IMG/VR virus record: IMGVR_UViG_3300017766_004476
Span: 12,413-76,412 of that record
Length of the DNA: 64,000 nucleotides
Source of the DNA: a virus
Taxonomy: Duplodnaviria > Heunggongvirae > Uroviricota > Caudoviricetes
Reading direction: 5' to 3' (one strand)
Shown: piece by piece, positions 26,771-37,126 of the stretch
How positions within the stretch are numbered: position 1 is the stretch's first letter
How the letters are laid out: each line of letters starts with the position of its first letter
Position numbers and translations under genes: made by a program
Notes under the pieces: model-generated
What the model saw: the letters and a program-made list of their open reading frames with translations, nothing else
Told to the model about the DNA's origin: nothing
Databases searched by the model: none

Positions 26771-27589
26771 TTAAGAATGAGATGCGCTGTGCATCCAATT
26801 AAATTAGTAAATCAGCTAACGAGTCGCTATGTCGAATCAAATTTACTAATCTAATTACATCATTGCCATTCTTAAATTAAACAAATTGTTAGATAGGATC
26901 ATCCTATATGAGTTGCTCTATTCAGCATTGCTGCTGACTTCACACAGCGCATGAAGTATTACATCTTATGGTCGAGTAGACTCTACCAGCTATTAGGTAT
27001 TTGCGTCTTCCGTTCCGCCACTCAACAACTTGTTTAAATTTTCAAAGAACAATATTAAAAGTATCAACTGGGACGAGTTTCGAGCATATGTAATACCTAG
27101 CTAGGGTTGACAATATCCTCACAATATAGGTGTGGGATATCGATGCGTTATGCAATCATACAATACGTTACTTCCCAGATACGCGCTCTGGCTCACTGAG
27201 GCACACAGTCAAATGCGCAGTAACTATATTACTTAACTCTATTTTATCCGCTTCTTCGAACTCAATGTTCGCGGACCCAGTCAAATTGTTAAAGATCAAT
27301 ATTAAAAAAGATACTAAGTTGCTTTAGTATTTGATATATCTAATTACGTGGCGAACAGTTAAACTAAGCGAAACACGCCACCCGAAACGATAGAAACTAC
27401 TCAGTTTTTCGATGAATAAATTAGTCAACAATTTATTCAATATTAGATATTAAAGATCAAAACCGTAAATTTACTGAAAGAATCCCATCATTAATACGTC
27501 TCTCACTCTTGGTGATGGCCTCGTTCCATCTCTCAGTGTTATTATATTAATTTCTTTCTCTAGAAGTTAAAGTGTTTATTCAGCTTTTA

Positions 27590-28039
27590 TTAATGCTTCA
27601 GGAGCTCTTCCTCAACTAATGCTTTGATTTCCTTAGGGAAGCAGCGCGGAAATTGCTTGACTTCTTTATGGAGCACTCGGGTGGTACTACCGGAGATAGT
27701 CGTTCCTCTGAATACCACAATGACCTTACCATACGGATGATTGTAGCCTTGATCAGGGATACCTTCTTTACGCATTGTGGTGCAGTATGCTCTCATACAA
27801 CCCGGAAGATTCTCAATGTGAGGGTTCATCTGCCGAGCCTTTCCTCGATGCCAGAGTGTGATGAAGTTGACATGAGGTCCTTTTTCATGTTCAACCAACC
27901 ACTCCTTACATTCAATCATCCCACCTTTGATAAGATAAGGCTCTCCATTCATCGGATAGATGAACATTAAAGTCCAAGGATTACCCTCCTTATATGAGCG
28001 CGTCTTGTCCCAATCGTTTTGAACAAATTTTGTCTTCAT
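27590..28039 (-). CDS. hypothetical protein (~150 aa)
   Basis: Internal-Met start (MKTKFVQ). Confidence 0.45.
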   Translation of the reverse strand: MKTKFVQNDWDKTRSYKEGNPWTLMFIYPMNGEPYLIKGGMIECKEWLVEHEKGPHVNFITLWHRGKARQMNPHIENLPGCMRAYCTTMRKEGIPDQGYNHPYGKVIVVFRGTTISGSTTRVLHKEVKQFPRCFPKEIKALVEEELLKH

Positions 28040-28440
28040 TGGATTATGGCCAGGTAGGGTTGTGGTTGTCGTAATCTTTATCTCTATCGTCTGTAAGCAT
28101 ATTTTTATATTAAAGGTTAAAGAGTTTTTCGATATCCTTCTCAATCTGCTCATCGGTCACTTTACTACCATCTTGAAGAATTTCACCCCTTATCCAGGAG
28201 TCAAACGTACCTCTCTCATTATACCAGGAAGCAAACTTGTGCTTGGTTAGACCTTCCTTGATTTTAGCAATTATTTGAGCTTTAGTCATATAGCCTTATA
28301 ATAAGGGGTTGAGGGCTTTGTGATATTTTAATTGCCCTACTATTGTAGCCTTTATGATATTTTAATTGGCTAACTTAAATTCTTATTACATTTAAGAGAT
28401 TATATGTTCACTTAGCATTTAAAAGCATTTATTCAGATGT

Positions 28441-29220
28441 TTAATCGTTTTTCAGGTTAAACTGTTTGAGCTCTTTAGAAGAGAGTTGCTGCTTGTGAAT
28501 CTTAATTTTGTGTATAGTAGGCGTACTCTCATACCACTTAGTCCAAGTTATGAGGTTCCGCATAATCCCCTCTGTAGAAGGCTCGTCGAGCTTTTTAAAC
28601 TTTGAGGGAAAGGGATCATATGGAAAGTACATAGTACATCCTAACTTACGGAAGTCAGCATTTTGTTCTGCTTTCCGCTTATTAAGCCTCTCTATATCCT
28701 TCTCCTCGAGAAAGCGGAGGTACCAGATCCCATTAATCTTGCGGAGCTCTTTATAGTCTCCGAGAAAGTAAACCGTAGGAGGAACCTTAGGCTGAACCTT
28801 CTTAGGCTTGATGTTCTTATGGAGGATGAAGGTAGTAGGGTGAACATACAACTCTGAAGTAGATTCAACAATCGGATGAAGACCGATCATTGCGCCCATT
28901 CTCCAGGGATGAGATTCGTGATAGAGCACATTGCCCTTATTGTCGAGAGTTGTGTGCAGCTCCACCTTCCACTCAAATACGTGCTCAATGTATCCCTTCT
29001 CGAGGCACTTTACTGATTTAAAAATCTTCTGAGAGACATCATTCCAATTCTGACCTACCGATGCAGAGAGAATCCGCTCAATAGCATAGAATGCTTCATT
29101 CTTATGATTGCGGAAATGGTCACCTCGTACATAAGACCGCTGACTCTTCTGGTCAGCTTCTTTAGATGCCGTCCTTCCATACATCTTCTCATCCGCATAA
29201 TCGTTAAAGTAATCATCCAT
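28441..29220 (-). CDS. hypothetical protein (~260 aa)
   Basis: Start at MDDYFNDY to remove the overlap with the upstream gene. Confidence 0.5.
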   Translation of the reverse strand: MDDYFNDYADEKMYGRTASKEADQKSQRSYVRGDHFRNHKNEAFYAIERILSASVGQNWNDVSQKIFKSVKCLEKGYIEHVFEWKVELHTTLDNKGNVLYHESHPWRMGAMIGLHPIVESTSELYVHPTTFILHKNIKPKKVQPKVPPTVYFLGDYKELRKINGIWYLRFLEEKDIERLNKRKAEQNADFRKLGCTMYFPYDPFPSKFKKLDEPSTEGIMRNLITWTKWYESTPTIHKIKIHKQQLSSKELKQFNLKND

Positions 29221-29617
29221 AAATTGCCTCTCCAAACAAGCAACACTGCAGGAAGACGTCACCGGTTGTTGCATCATCAGTTTCATCAAGAACAGCTTTA
29301 AAGTGTTGCGGGTATTTCTGAGCCATAATTTGTAATCCGCTCTGAATGCCCTCACGCTCAAGGATGTAGGTTCTCTCCTTGCTGGAATCTGTATCGCAAA
29401 TGATAACCTTACATCCTTTTACCAGAGGAATCAACTGTGCAGGATGCCAGTAATCATTCGGGTCTTGAAATTTGCCACCCTCTTTAAAATCCTCATACTT
29501 AATATCAGGTGGAAAGCGATATTCCTCAATCATATACCAATAATTGCTACCTCCTTCAAAGGCATTGCAGAGTAAGCCCTTAATGCGCTCTTCAGAAATG
29601 TCGATTTCAACTTTCAT
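29213..29617 (-). CDS. hypothetical protein (134 aa)
   Basis: ORF. Confidence 0.5.
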   Translation of the reverse strand: MKVEIDISEERIKGLLCNAFEGGSNYWYMIEEYRFPPDIKYEDFKEGGKFQDPNDYWHPAQLIPLVKGCKVIICDTDSSKERTYILEREGIQSGLQIMAQKYPQHFKAVLDETDDATTGDVFLQCCLFGEAIYG

Positions 29618-30051
29618 TTTATGAGTTTATGAAATGATTCAGGTACTACAAGTACTTTTTTAGTAGCCTTATATTCAACGTTTTGAGGAATATCATTATC
29701 TATAACTTTACAGGATGAGATTGTTGGATAAGTAAGGGTAAAGAATTTATATATCCACTTCTCAGTTGTACCTGAATTGAAAAGATTCTCTTCACGAGTG
29801 TATCTATAAACGCAGTAGATATTTTGCCAAAATACCCAGATAGTTTCTCCATCATTCTCTCGAGAGTATTTGCGGGGCCAAAATGCAAAGCGCCGCACTA
29901 TTTTATAATCACCTCTAATGGGGTGATGTGGCTTTGCGCTGCAAGGTTTGGATTTGATTTTGAAGATCATAAATTTGTTTCCGATATTGGTTCCATTGTT
30001 GAGATGCAGTAATCCAATCTCTCCGAATGTGCTGCAATTGCTTATAGGCAC
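29614..30051 (-). CDS. hypothetical protein (145 aa)
   Basis: ORF. Overlaps 29915..30130 in another frame. Confidence 0.4.
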   Translation of the reverse strand: MPISNCSTFGEIGLLHLNNGTNIGNKFMIFKIKSKPCSAKPHHPIRGDYKIVRRFAFWPRKYSRENDGETIWVFWQNIYCVYRYTREENLFNSGTTEKWIYKFFTLTYPTISSCKVIDNDIPQNVEYKATKKVLVVPESFHKLIK

Positions 30052-30130
30052 ATACTACACAGACATCTGCATCATCTACTTTAGGGTAGATGCAAAACAA
30101 AACATCGCATTTGGGACAGCGGTTATTCAT
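29915..30130 (-). CDS. zinc-ribbon-like small protein (CPKC…CVVC)
   Basis: Two CxxC pairs. Confidence 0.4.
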   Translation of the reverse strand: MNNRCPKCDVLFCIYPKVDDADVCVVCAYKQLQHIRRDWITASQQWNQYRKQIYDLQNQIQTLQRKATSPH

Positions 30131-30365
30131 TTTCCAGTTTGAGGATGTGTGAGGCTCCGGGTAGTGACAATCCAGTCATCATCTCTAAAATATGTTTCTT
30201 CAATCCAATAATACTGAAGCCATACATATGTATCACACTTATCTTCTTTATGTGGATAAATGGGCTCCGGTAGGAGTGCAAACACACGCTTATATCGCTT
30301 TGTTACAAAGGGTACTGCGTTTTGAGTTTTATGCCTAATCTTAAATGTCATAAAATTAATAGGTG

Positions 30366-30578
30366 TTAACTCATGCCAAAGCGAAATGACTTTATGCCAC
30401 CATTCTCACTATCTTCGAAAAAGCCCAGCTCATCTAAAGCCTTTTTATCTTCTTCAGATATGTCTTTGTACTTCACACAAGTTATGTAAAGTACATCGTG
30501 CTCACAATGTGTAGGTGTACGTTCTTCAGGGTCACAATACTTTAACAGTATCTGAAGAGCTTTAATTAAGTCATTCAT
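30366..30578 (-). CDS. hypothetical protein (70 aa)
   Basis: ORF. Confidence 0.4.
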   Translation of the reverse strand: MNDLIKALQILLKYCDPEERTPTHCEHDVLYITCVKYKDISEEDKKALDELGFFEDSENGGIKSFRFGMS

Positions 30579-30871
30579 AAATTAATAGGTGTTACTAGGC
30601 GCCCAACCCAAGATGCTTATGGCTTGCCTTTCGGGAATCTACTCAGCAATGCATCTAAAAACTTTCGGGAATCTACTCGTTGAACCTAATCATTATTTCA
30701 TAGCTGATTATCGCTAACGAATTAAAATATAAGATGTCTGTGAAAATATTAAAGCTTTTATTTAGAACATTTATCTCTGGCTTTTGTTCTAAGTGGTTCA
30801 TTTTATCAAATACATCTTTGTATATAAATTATAAACAAATTGATTAGAACAAAAGCTCTAATGAGCAAACA

Positions 30872-30906
30872 TAAAAGAAATAAGCGATATGAATTTCATA
30901 TCGCTT
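30872..30906 (-). terminator. rho-independent terminator downstream of 30930..31226
   Basis: AAGCGATATGAA/TTCATATCGCTT palindrome followed by a T-rich run on the minus strand. Confidence 0.5.
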
Positions 30907-30929
30907 ATAGAAACCGTGCCTGAGAATGT

Positions 30930-31226
30930 TTACTTCTGCTTACCGTTCAACTTGAGAGAACGTTCAGCCCGCTCTGCAAAGTCATCAGGAATAGGGCCCT
31001 TATTAAAGCGCACCCAAACCTCTGAATACGGAGTCTTTGCCTTCCGCGCCTTACGCAATGCTGAGCCTACATTCTTAGCAATGTAGTGTTGTTCGAACTC
31101 CTCAATCGTGACTCCTAAGAGTGCAGCACGAGCGGTGCAGTACTTAAGAGAGGTGAGACGTGTTTGTTGACTTACCCAGCACGTAAGTTTCCATTTCTTT
31201 TCTGCTGTTTGAGTTGTTTCATTCAT
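30930..31226 (-). CDS. hypothetical protein (98 aa)
   Basis: ORF. Confidence 0.45.
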   Translation of the reverse strand: MNETTQTAEKKWKLTCWVSQQTRLTSLKYCTARAALLGVTIEEFEQHYIAKNVGSALRKARKAKTPYSEVWVRFNKGPIPDDFAERAERSLKLNGKQK

Positions 31227-31340
31227 ATATTAGATTAATATCTAAGTTTACAATAATGATTATATATGAACGCGTCACTTATTGCAACATGTTTATTAGA
31301 ACAAAAGCTAAATAATATTTACACACAGGAATAAAGAGAT

Positions 31341-31372
31341 AAAAAGAGTCGGAGGCTTTGGACCTCCGACTC
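31341..31372 (-). terminator. rho-independent terminator downstream of the SPFH gene
   Basis: GAGTCGGAGG…CCTCCGACTC 10-bp stem followed by TTTTT on the minus strand. Confidence 0.65.
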
Positions 31373-31393
31373 TCTTCTACATTTCCGCACCGT

Positions 31394-32563
31394 TTACTTT
31401 ACAGGGGCCGCTACTGTCGGTGTCGGAGTCCCACCGGCCGTCATGAAGCTTTGAATCGACTTCATGAAATTCTCAGACAAAACATTCACAGTCATATCCG
31501 AAGGCAGGTAACCTTGAATACCCTTGAATGATTCCGAGGCTGCCTTTGCAATCTCAACCTTGACATATGCATCGGTACCTTGCACTTGGTATGCTTCGAG
31601 ATTGGCGCGCTTGGCTTTCGCTTCTGCTTCACCCTTCACGAGAATACCTTCAGCTTCAGCTTTCGCTTGGGCGAGCTTACCTTCAGACTCGAGCATATAT
31701 GTTTGCTTTTGTGCTTCTGCTTCGAGAATCCGCTTCTCATTATCAGCCTTCGCTTTCGTTACCGCCACAGTTGCATCACGTTCAGCTTCGACAGTCTGCT
31801 TGTTAGCATCTGCTTGGGCCTTTGCTTTAACCACCTCAGCTTCTGCCTGTGCAGCCTTCTGCTCTTCTGCCGCACGGAGCACCTTTTGCGTTGCAATCTG
31901 CTTACCTTTGATTTCTTCAGTATACTTCGGGTCCAGCTTGTTTTCTTCAATTACGAAGTTAATAACTGTGATAAACTCCTTGATATCCTGATTAGCCCAA
32001 AGATTGCTCTGAACTTGGCTCTGGAGACGCACCAGACCCTCACCGGCATATGCATCGAATGCCTTAAACGGAGTAGCAGTATCCTTGATAATACGCATCA
32101 TCAGCGGACGGATGAGCTTCTCTTCCGGATTCATCTTAATCCGCTTATGATACTCTACGATGTTAGTAGGGTTTAACATCCAGGTCAAGGAGACGCTAAA
32201 GGTCATGTCCTGACCTTCAGATGACTGAACCGTATAAGCATCCATTGCGCGTCCGTTTCCTGGATCAGAAGCATGGGGCTTGTTGTTCATCACAAACACC
32301 TGCTGTGACATATCGTAGGGGTACAGCTTCTCTCCCGGGAAGAGGAAGTACACCCGTGGACCATAGATGTTGGGCTTCACACCAGCACCCCATGTCTCCA
32401 TAACTGCAACTTGATTACCCTCGACAGTTTCGATATCGAAGACTGCAAAGGAGATGGCTGCAAGTGCAAGGATGACAATAAGAACTCCCATCGTCAGATT
32501 GCCATGATTGCGTCGTGGGTTACCGCTGAGATTGTTCCAGCGCCAGATATTGTTTGTATTCAT
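31394..32563 (-). CDS. SPFH/band-7 (stomatin/HflK/flotillin-like) membrane protein
   Basis: N-terminal TM, SPFH core pattern (…GPRVYFLFPGE…), long Ala/Glu/Lys coiled-coil tail. Confidence 0.75.
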   Translation of the reverse strand: MNTNNIWRWNNLSGNPRRNHGNLTMGVLIVILALAAISFAVFDIETVEGNQVAVMETWGAGVKPNIYGPRVYFLFPGEKLYPYDMSQQVFVMNNKPHASDPGNGRAMDAYTVQSSEGQDMTFSVSLTWMLNPTNIVEYHKRIKMNPEEKLIRPLMMRIIKDTATPFKAFDAYAGEGLVRLQSQVQSNLWANQDIKEFITVINFVIEENKLDPKYTEEIKGKQIATQKVLRAAEEQKAAQAEAEVVKAKAQADANKQTVEAERDATVAVTKAKADNEKRILEAEAQKQTYMLESEGKLAQAKAEAEGILVKGEAEAKAKRANLEAYQVQGTDAYVKVEIAKAASESFKGIQGYLPSDMTVNVLSENFMKSIQSFMTAGGTPTPTVAAPVK

Positions 32564-32606
32564 GTTATTGTTTTGTTGTTTGCTGTTGACTGTTATAATT
32601 ACAGGT

Positions 32607-32783
32607 TACTTCTTGGTCTTCATCATTGAGCCAATAAGCCCCATAACTAAAGTGATTAGAAGACCCATTCCTACAAAAGGAAGGAGCTTCTGCCCGACCG
32701 GAAAGCGTGCGAACAGCACGACTATAAATACACCAATTACGGTGTATAAAATTATCATTTCTTTAGTAAAAGGTTTCATATAT
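32607..32783 (-). CDS. 58-aa two-TM membrane protein upstream of the SPFH gene
   Basis: Unlisted short ORF MKPFTKEMIILYTVIGVFIVVLF…, co-oriented and adjacent. Confidence 0.35.
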
Positions 32784-33014
32784 CGATGTTAAATATGATG
32801 CTTTTTGAAGAATGTAAAAGAAAATATTTGGTTATATTTTACAATTATAGGGTGAGGTTCCATATATTTTTATATTTCTCACACACAAAGTTTGATAACT
32901 CATTCATTTGCAACGAGGTCTAAATTTTGTGCATTTCTATAATTTTGAAGAATTTAGAGGGGTTTCTTCATTTTTACTGAGATTTAGATTAACTTTACTA
33001 TTACTTTACTAAAA

Positions 33015-33222
33015 GAGTGTGTGAGTATTTACACTCACACACTCATAACATCTTTCAAATGACTAACTGCTAGACTGATTGCATGACTAACTGAATGACT
33101 AACTGCACTACTTACGGCTCCGAGAACGGTTCGACTTATAGTTTACTAGGTTGGACGTGTACCGACTATTCGTGACTGACAGCATTACTAACTGCATGAC
33201 TGATTGCTAGGCTGACTGCACT
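33015..33222. repeat. iteron-like cluster: 12-bp-stem hairpin (33015-33044) plus ≥5 copies of (A)TGACTAACTG(C/A) and 2-3 of GACTGATTGC
   Basis: Visible direct repeats in a ~450-bp AT-rich intergenic region upstream of the SPFH operon. Confidence 0.7.
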
Positions 33223-33259
33223 CTGAGATGTTTGGATATTACTGTATTTGATTCGCATA

Positions 33260-33607
33260 TTACTCACCACCCTTCTTTGTTGTTTCGATTGCTTCAAACC
33301 CGCTACAGGTCTGAAGCCAAATTGGATCAAAATTCATAGGCCACGAAAACCATCCATTCTTTATACCATGGTGATTTCCGGTGACAACCGGCATAATACC
33401 ATCAGCTTTATTTGCTTTAAGATAGTCTGCGAGTCTGTCATAACCATTTGGAAATGAAATACCTATAAGCATTAACTGTGCCTTGAGAGAGGGACTCAGA
33501 GAGGGGTGATTGCATTCTGAATGATGAGTTGTGGTCAATTGTCCTCTATGCTTACAATTGTAGCACAGTGGTGATTGAGCATCGCTGATGTGAGTAGTTG
33601 TAGACAT
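33260..33607 (-). CDS. Cys/His-rich hypothetical protein (115 aa)
   Basis: ORF. Confidence 0.45.
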   Translation of the reverse strand: MSTTTHISDAQSPLCYNCKHRGQLTTTHHSECNHPSLSPSLKAQLMLIGISFPNGYDRLADYLKANKADGIMPVVTGNHHGIKNGWFSWPMNFDPIWLQTCSGFEAIETTKKGGE

Positions 33608-33613
33608 AATATT

Positions 33614-34045
33614 CTATTCTTTAACACTATAATGAAAGATTTCTTTACTATTCTCAGTGTCGTTCCATCCCCGCGGAGCAAACCAAACAATTGCAGAATA
33701 TTTAGTATTTTGGTGAAATAGTGGTCGATATCTAATTTGTTTGTCTTTTCTGTGTATTAATCCCACTTCAACACGGAAATTACTATAGAAGTCTACTTCA
33801 TTATTTATTTTATACTTAACCTGAGGGAAGCTCAAATCGTAACTAACATCAGACCAACCATACATTGCACCTGTGTTGGTGGGATATTTGAATTTATATT
33901 CAGACTTTTTAGTACTCCAGGAAACATATATCGATATAAACCCATTTGGTAGCTTTTGTGCAATCACTTGTTTTATTTCAAAGCCATAGCGTTTAGCTAC
34001 ATCTTCATCAAAATCTACAAATGGTTTAAAGACGCATTTAGACAT
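33614..34045 (-). CDS. hypothetical protein (143 aa)
   Basis: ORF. Confidence 0.5.
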   Translation of the reverse strand: MSKCVFKPFVDFDEDVAKRYGFEIKQVIAQKLPNGFISIYVSWSTKKSEYKFKYPTNTGAMYGWSDVSYDLSFPQVKYKINNEVDFYSNFRVEVGLIHRKDKQIRYRPLFHQNTKYSAIVWFAPRGWNDTENSKEIFHYSVKE

Positions 34046-34199
34046 ACTTACCTCTTACTGGAGCAGTTTCCATTAGTGCAGATTTCTCTACCAGTGCTTG
34101 ATGTATCAGTGTAATTATAGCACCAGGGACAGATACCGAATGCATGGCAGACTTTACGCTTAATGTAAATCCACTTATATTGAAGCTTTTGCCACATAA

Positions 34200-34493
34200 T
34201 TACTTGATAATGAACATGATATCATCTTCAATCTTCACGCGGACATTCAGATTGGCTGCGAAGAACTCAGCCAACTCCTCAAAAGGAATATTCGCAAAGT
34301 GGTCAAACACTACTTCAGTAATGTCATGAATCTGGGTGTATTTGAGATTCTTGATAGACTCCTCAACGTGGTGACCAGTAATGTTTGTATAGAACATTAC
34401 AAACTGATCGAAAGTCGCTTGCAGCTGGAGAAAGTCTTCAACTGCAGTCTTGAGATCTTCGTAGGAGTATTGTGAGAGGAGTTCAATTTTCAT
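34200..34493 (-). CDS. hypothetical protein (97 aa)
   Basis: ORF. Confidence 0.45.
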   Translation of the reverse strand: MKIELLSQYSYEDLKTAVEDFLQLQATFDQFVMFYTNITGHHVEESIKNLKYTQIHDITEVVFDHFANIPFEELAEFFAANLNVRVKIEDDIMFIIK

Positions 34494-34872
34494 ATTCTTC
34501 TTCAGTTTCTTCGGGTTGAGTTTCTGTATTGTAATCTTTTCGATAATTTACGACAAAGTCTTCGAGCCAGGAGACATCACCAAACCGCAGCCTCCACATT
34601 GCAAGACGTCCTACAGCAGGCTCAGATTCAATATTAAAGGTGAGAAGCAAATCGGCTCTTCCTTCATCACCGAGTATATTACCTTTGATAAGAGCGGCCG
34701 ATTTAAAGACCTTCTCTGCAGAGCATTTAACTATTTCTTCTTTAACAAGTAGTTCTGCAATACCCTTAACCCAGGTCTCCGGCTGAGATGCACCCAACAC
34801 TACCATCGAGAAGTCCTTGACACTTCTAAGGTCTGAGAAGTTTATTTCTGTAACTGGTGGAAATGTATTCAT
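34483..34872 (-). CDS. hypothetical protein (129 aa)
   Basis: ORF. Confidence 0.5.
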   Translation of the reverse strand: MNTFPPVTEINFSDLRSVKDFSMVVLGASQPETWVKGIAELLVKEEIVKCSAEKVFKSAALIKGNILGDEGRADLLLTFNIESEPAVGRLAMWRLRFGDVSWLEDFVVNYRKDYNTETQPEETEEEYEN

Positions 34873-34877
34873 TTTGA

Positions 34878-35285
34878 TTATACTTTGATGTTTTTAATGT
34901 CAGAAAAATCTTCTAGTGTGTTACAGAAGATATAGGAGATCTCATCAGGCATTGCACGGACTGGTTGTGTAAGGATGTTGGGGTTAATACTCACTATTAC
35001 TTTACGCAGCTGTGCAGGTAAAACCAACCACTTCATATAACCACCCTCATAAGAAAGTTTATTGAGCAGACAAATAATTCGTTGACCGCTTTTATATCCA
35101 AAGACCACCATTATGACAGCTATATTACCTATGCTATCATATACGTAAAGCTCTGGTTCCTGTTTAAGTGCATCAATCTCCTGAGGAATGAAACCATATT
35201 GAACACCAGAATCAGGGAAAGGTTGAAGACGGTTAACACCGAATGTATATGTCTTTTTTACTTCAATCGTTTTATTTTCAGTCAT
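34878..35285 (-). CDS. hypothetical protein (135 aa)
   Basis: ORF. Confidence 0.5.
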   Translation of the reverse strand: MTENKTIEVKKTYTFGVNRLQPFPDSGVQYGFIPQEIDALKQEPELYVYDSIGNIAVIMVVFGYKSGQRIICLLNKLSYEGGYMKWLVLPAQLRKVIVSINPNILTQPVRAMPDEISYIFCNTLEDFSDIKNIKV

Positions 35286-35569
35286 ATAAAGATTATAATT
35301 TTGATATTCGGATATTCAAATACTATTTTAGTACGAGAATTAGTGAACCTATAGGTGCTCGGTCACCGTCTAGAACACTAGCAACATAACCATATTCTAT
35401 CTTCCGATTATATGGTTTATTGAGAGGGTCATCAACATAGATAGGGTCTTGAAGTTGCTCTTCTGAAAGCGTGTTGAGCAATTTCTTTAGATCTTCAAGT
35501 TTGTTTAGTGTGCCACTCATTGAACATATTCTATTTCAACTATTTATAAATGCAAATACATTATTAGCA

Positions 35570-35977
35570 TTAAGGTATAATCATTAACTTCTTCTGCATC
35601 TTAATACTCAACTCATCATGGAATTGAGGGTGAGATTGACCAACAAGCCGGTAACCATATTTGTGGGTGTCGCACATCTTAAAAAAGGCTTTCCGATCCA
35701 TATCCTCTTCGATAGTGCGACCCTCAGCATCATAAAGAATATGATATCCACAATCCCATCCCCTCTCTCTACATCCACAATCTCTACAAAGGCGTTCCGG
35801 CTCTTTAGGGTTATAATCATCAGGATGATATTTACATTCTACTACATTAAGATGTTTACAGGAACGCTGAATAGAATCAATAATTTTGTCTATTTCTGTA
35901 CACTTCTTACTGATTGTAAGGTTAAGCTTGTTGACTTCTTTTTGGAGCTTCTCGAGATTTTTAAGATCAGGCTTCAT
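35570..35977 (-). CDS. Cys-rich hypothetical protein (135 aa)
   Basis: ORF. Confidence 0.5.
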   Translation of the reverse strand: MKPDLKNLEKLQKEVNKLNLTISKKCTEIDKIIDSIQRSCKHLNVVECKYHPDDYNPKEPERLCRDCGCRERGWDCGYHILYDAEGRTIEEDMDRKAFFKMCDTHKYGYRLVGQSHPQFHDELSIKMQKKLMIIP

Positions 35978-35978
35978 A

Positions 35979-36407
35979 TCAATAATCTATAACTATTTTC
36001 TTATCATCAACTAATTGTTTTAAGCTCCAGAAGTTAGCAACAATTAGAGGTATCGAAGGCTTATAACGGTTATATACCTCTCTATTACAGATCCAGGATG
36101 CTTGCATATGCTTATTACCTGCACCACCACAATAATCAACCCCTGCCTTTTTCAAAATAGCCCAGAGAAGATTAGTATCTTTATACTTAATATATGGATA
36201 AGCTTGAAGAGAGTTGTAGTGATCCATATAGGTTGAGGTAGCGAGGGGATCGCCTGAAAACCCACTATATGATAGCTCACATCCTGCACATCCACCTAAT
36301 ACCAACAGAAGGGCAATTTCTGCTTCTCTACTTCTACGAGGATTACTACTACCCCAAACACTACGGGGATATCTCTCCATCATTTCTTTAAATTTAGGGT
36401 GCTTCAT
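35979..36407 (-). CDS. hypothetical protein (142 aa)
   Basis: ORF. Confidence 0.5.
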   Translation of the reverse strand: MKHPKFKEMMERYPRSVWGSSNPRRSREAEIALLLVLGGCAGCELSYSGFSGDPLATSTYMDHYNSLQAYPYIKYKDTNLLWAILKKAGVDYCGGAGNKHMQASWICNREVYNRYKPSIPLIVANFWSLKQLVDDKKIVIDY

Positions 36408-36408
36408 A

Positions 36409-37068
36409 TTACTTAATAATTTGTCTTAGGTAATCAGGAGTTCTGAAATCAATACAATCAATTTCATCAATATCGAGACAGCGAAACTCAACACCCTGTA
36501 TGGTCATATTCAAGCGCTTGTGGTGGTGACCGAAGAACCACTTATCTGGTTTATGTATTTCCAAAAGTGATGAAAGAAGATTAGCAGTCTTATTGGGTAC
36601 TACATACTGCTGAGGTATACCGAGCCAGGTATATAGATCAAGCGGACAGTCATGAGTAATCATAACCTCAGGCTTAATCCGGGTATACATATCCACAACT
36701 TCACCGCATTGCTGATAGGAGAGCTCTTCACCTTCCCACCAATCAATAGTAGGGGTGCGGAGCGCTTTATCAATGGAATGTGCACCAGAGACCCACATTA
36801 CCTTCTCATTTGCACTGCACCCATAATCCCCTAGATAGCCTGCAAAATCTAAAGTAGCCGCAGGGTTGTCATGATTGCCGCGAATGTAATAGAAGTTATC
36901 TCCAGGATGCTCTAGTTTAAGTCTCCAATGGTCCCTAAATCCAATTCCTAGATCACCAATCTGAATAATCGGTAGATACGGGAACTGTTTACGCGCCGCT
37001 CTAAGGGTACGAAAATCACCATGCACATCACCCACCAGCACTACTTTATCTGTAAAAATGTTCTTCAT
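36409..37068 (-). CDS. Ser/Thr-phosphatase-like metallophosphoesterase
   Basis: GDVHGD, GDLG, GNHD and GHHH motifs in order. Confidence 0.8.
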   Translation of the reverse strand: MKNIFTDKVVLVGDVHGDFRTLRAARKQFPYLPIIQIGDLGIGFRDHWRLKLEHPGDNFYYIRGNHDNPAATLDFAGYLGDYGCSANEKVMWVSGAHSIDKALRTPTIDWWEGEELSYQQCGEVVDMYTRIKPEVMITHDCPLDLYTWLGIPQQYVVPNKTANLLSSLLEIHKPDKWFFGHHHKRLNMTIQGVEFRCLDIDEIDCIDFRTPDYLRQIIK

Positions 37069-37126
37069 ATAACACGTGTATGATAAAGAGACCCCGCTGA
37101 GAGCGCAACAAGTTTATTAGCTTTAG

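Noticed and set aside
31524-32176. Plus-strand ORFs of 155/198 aa
   Set aside because: They are antisense to the well-supported SPFH gene and are low-complexity Ala/Ser/Leu-rich.
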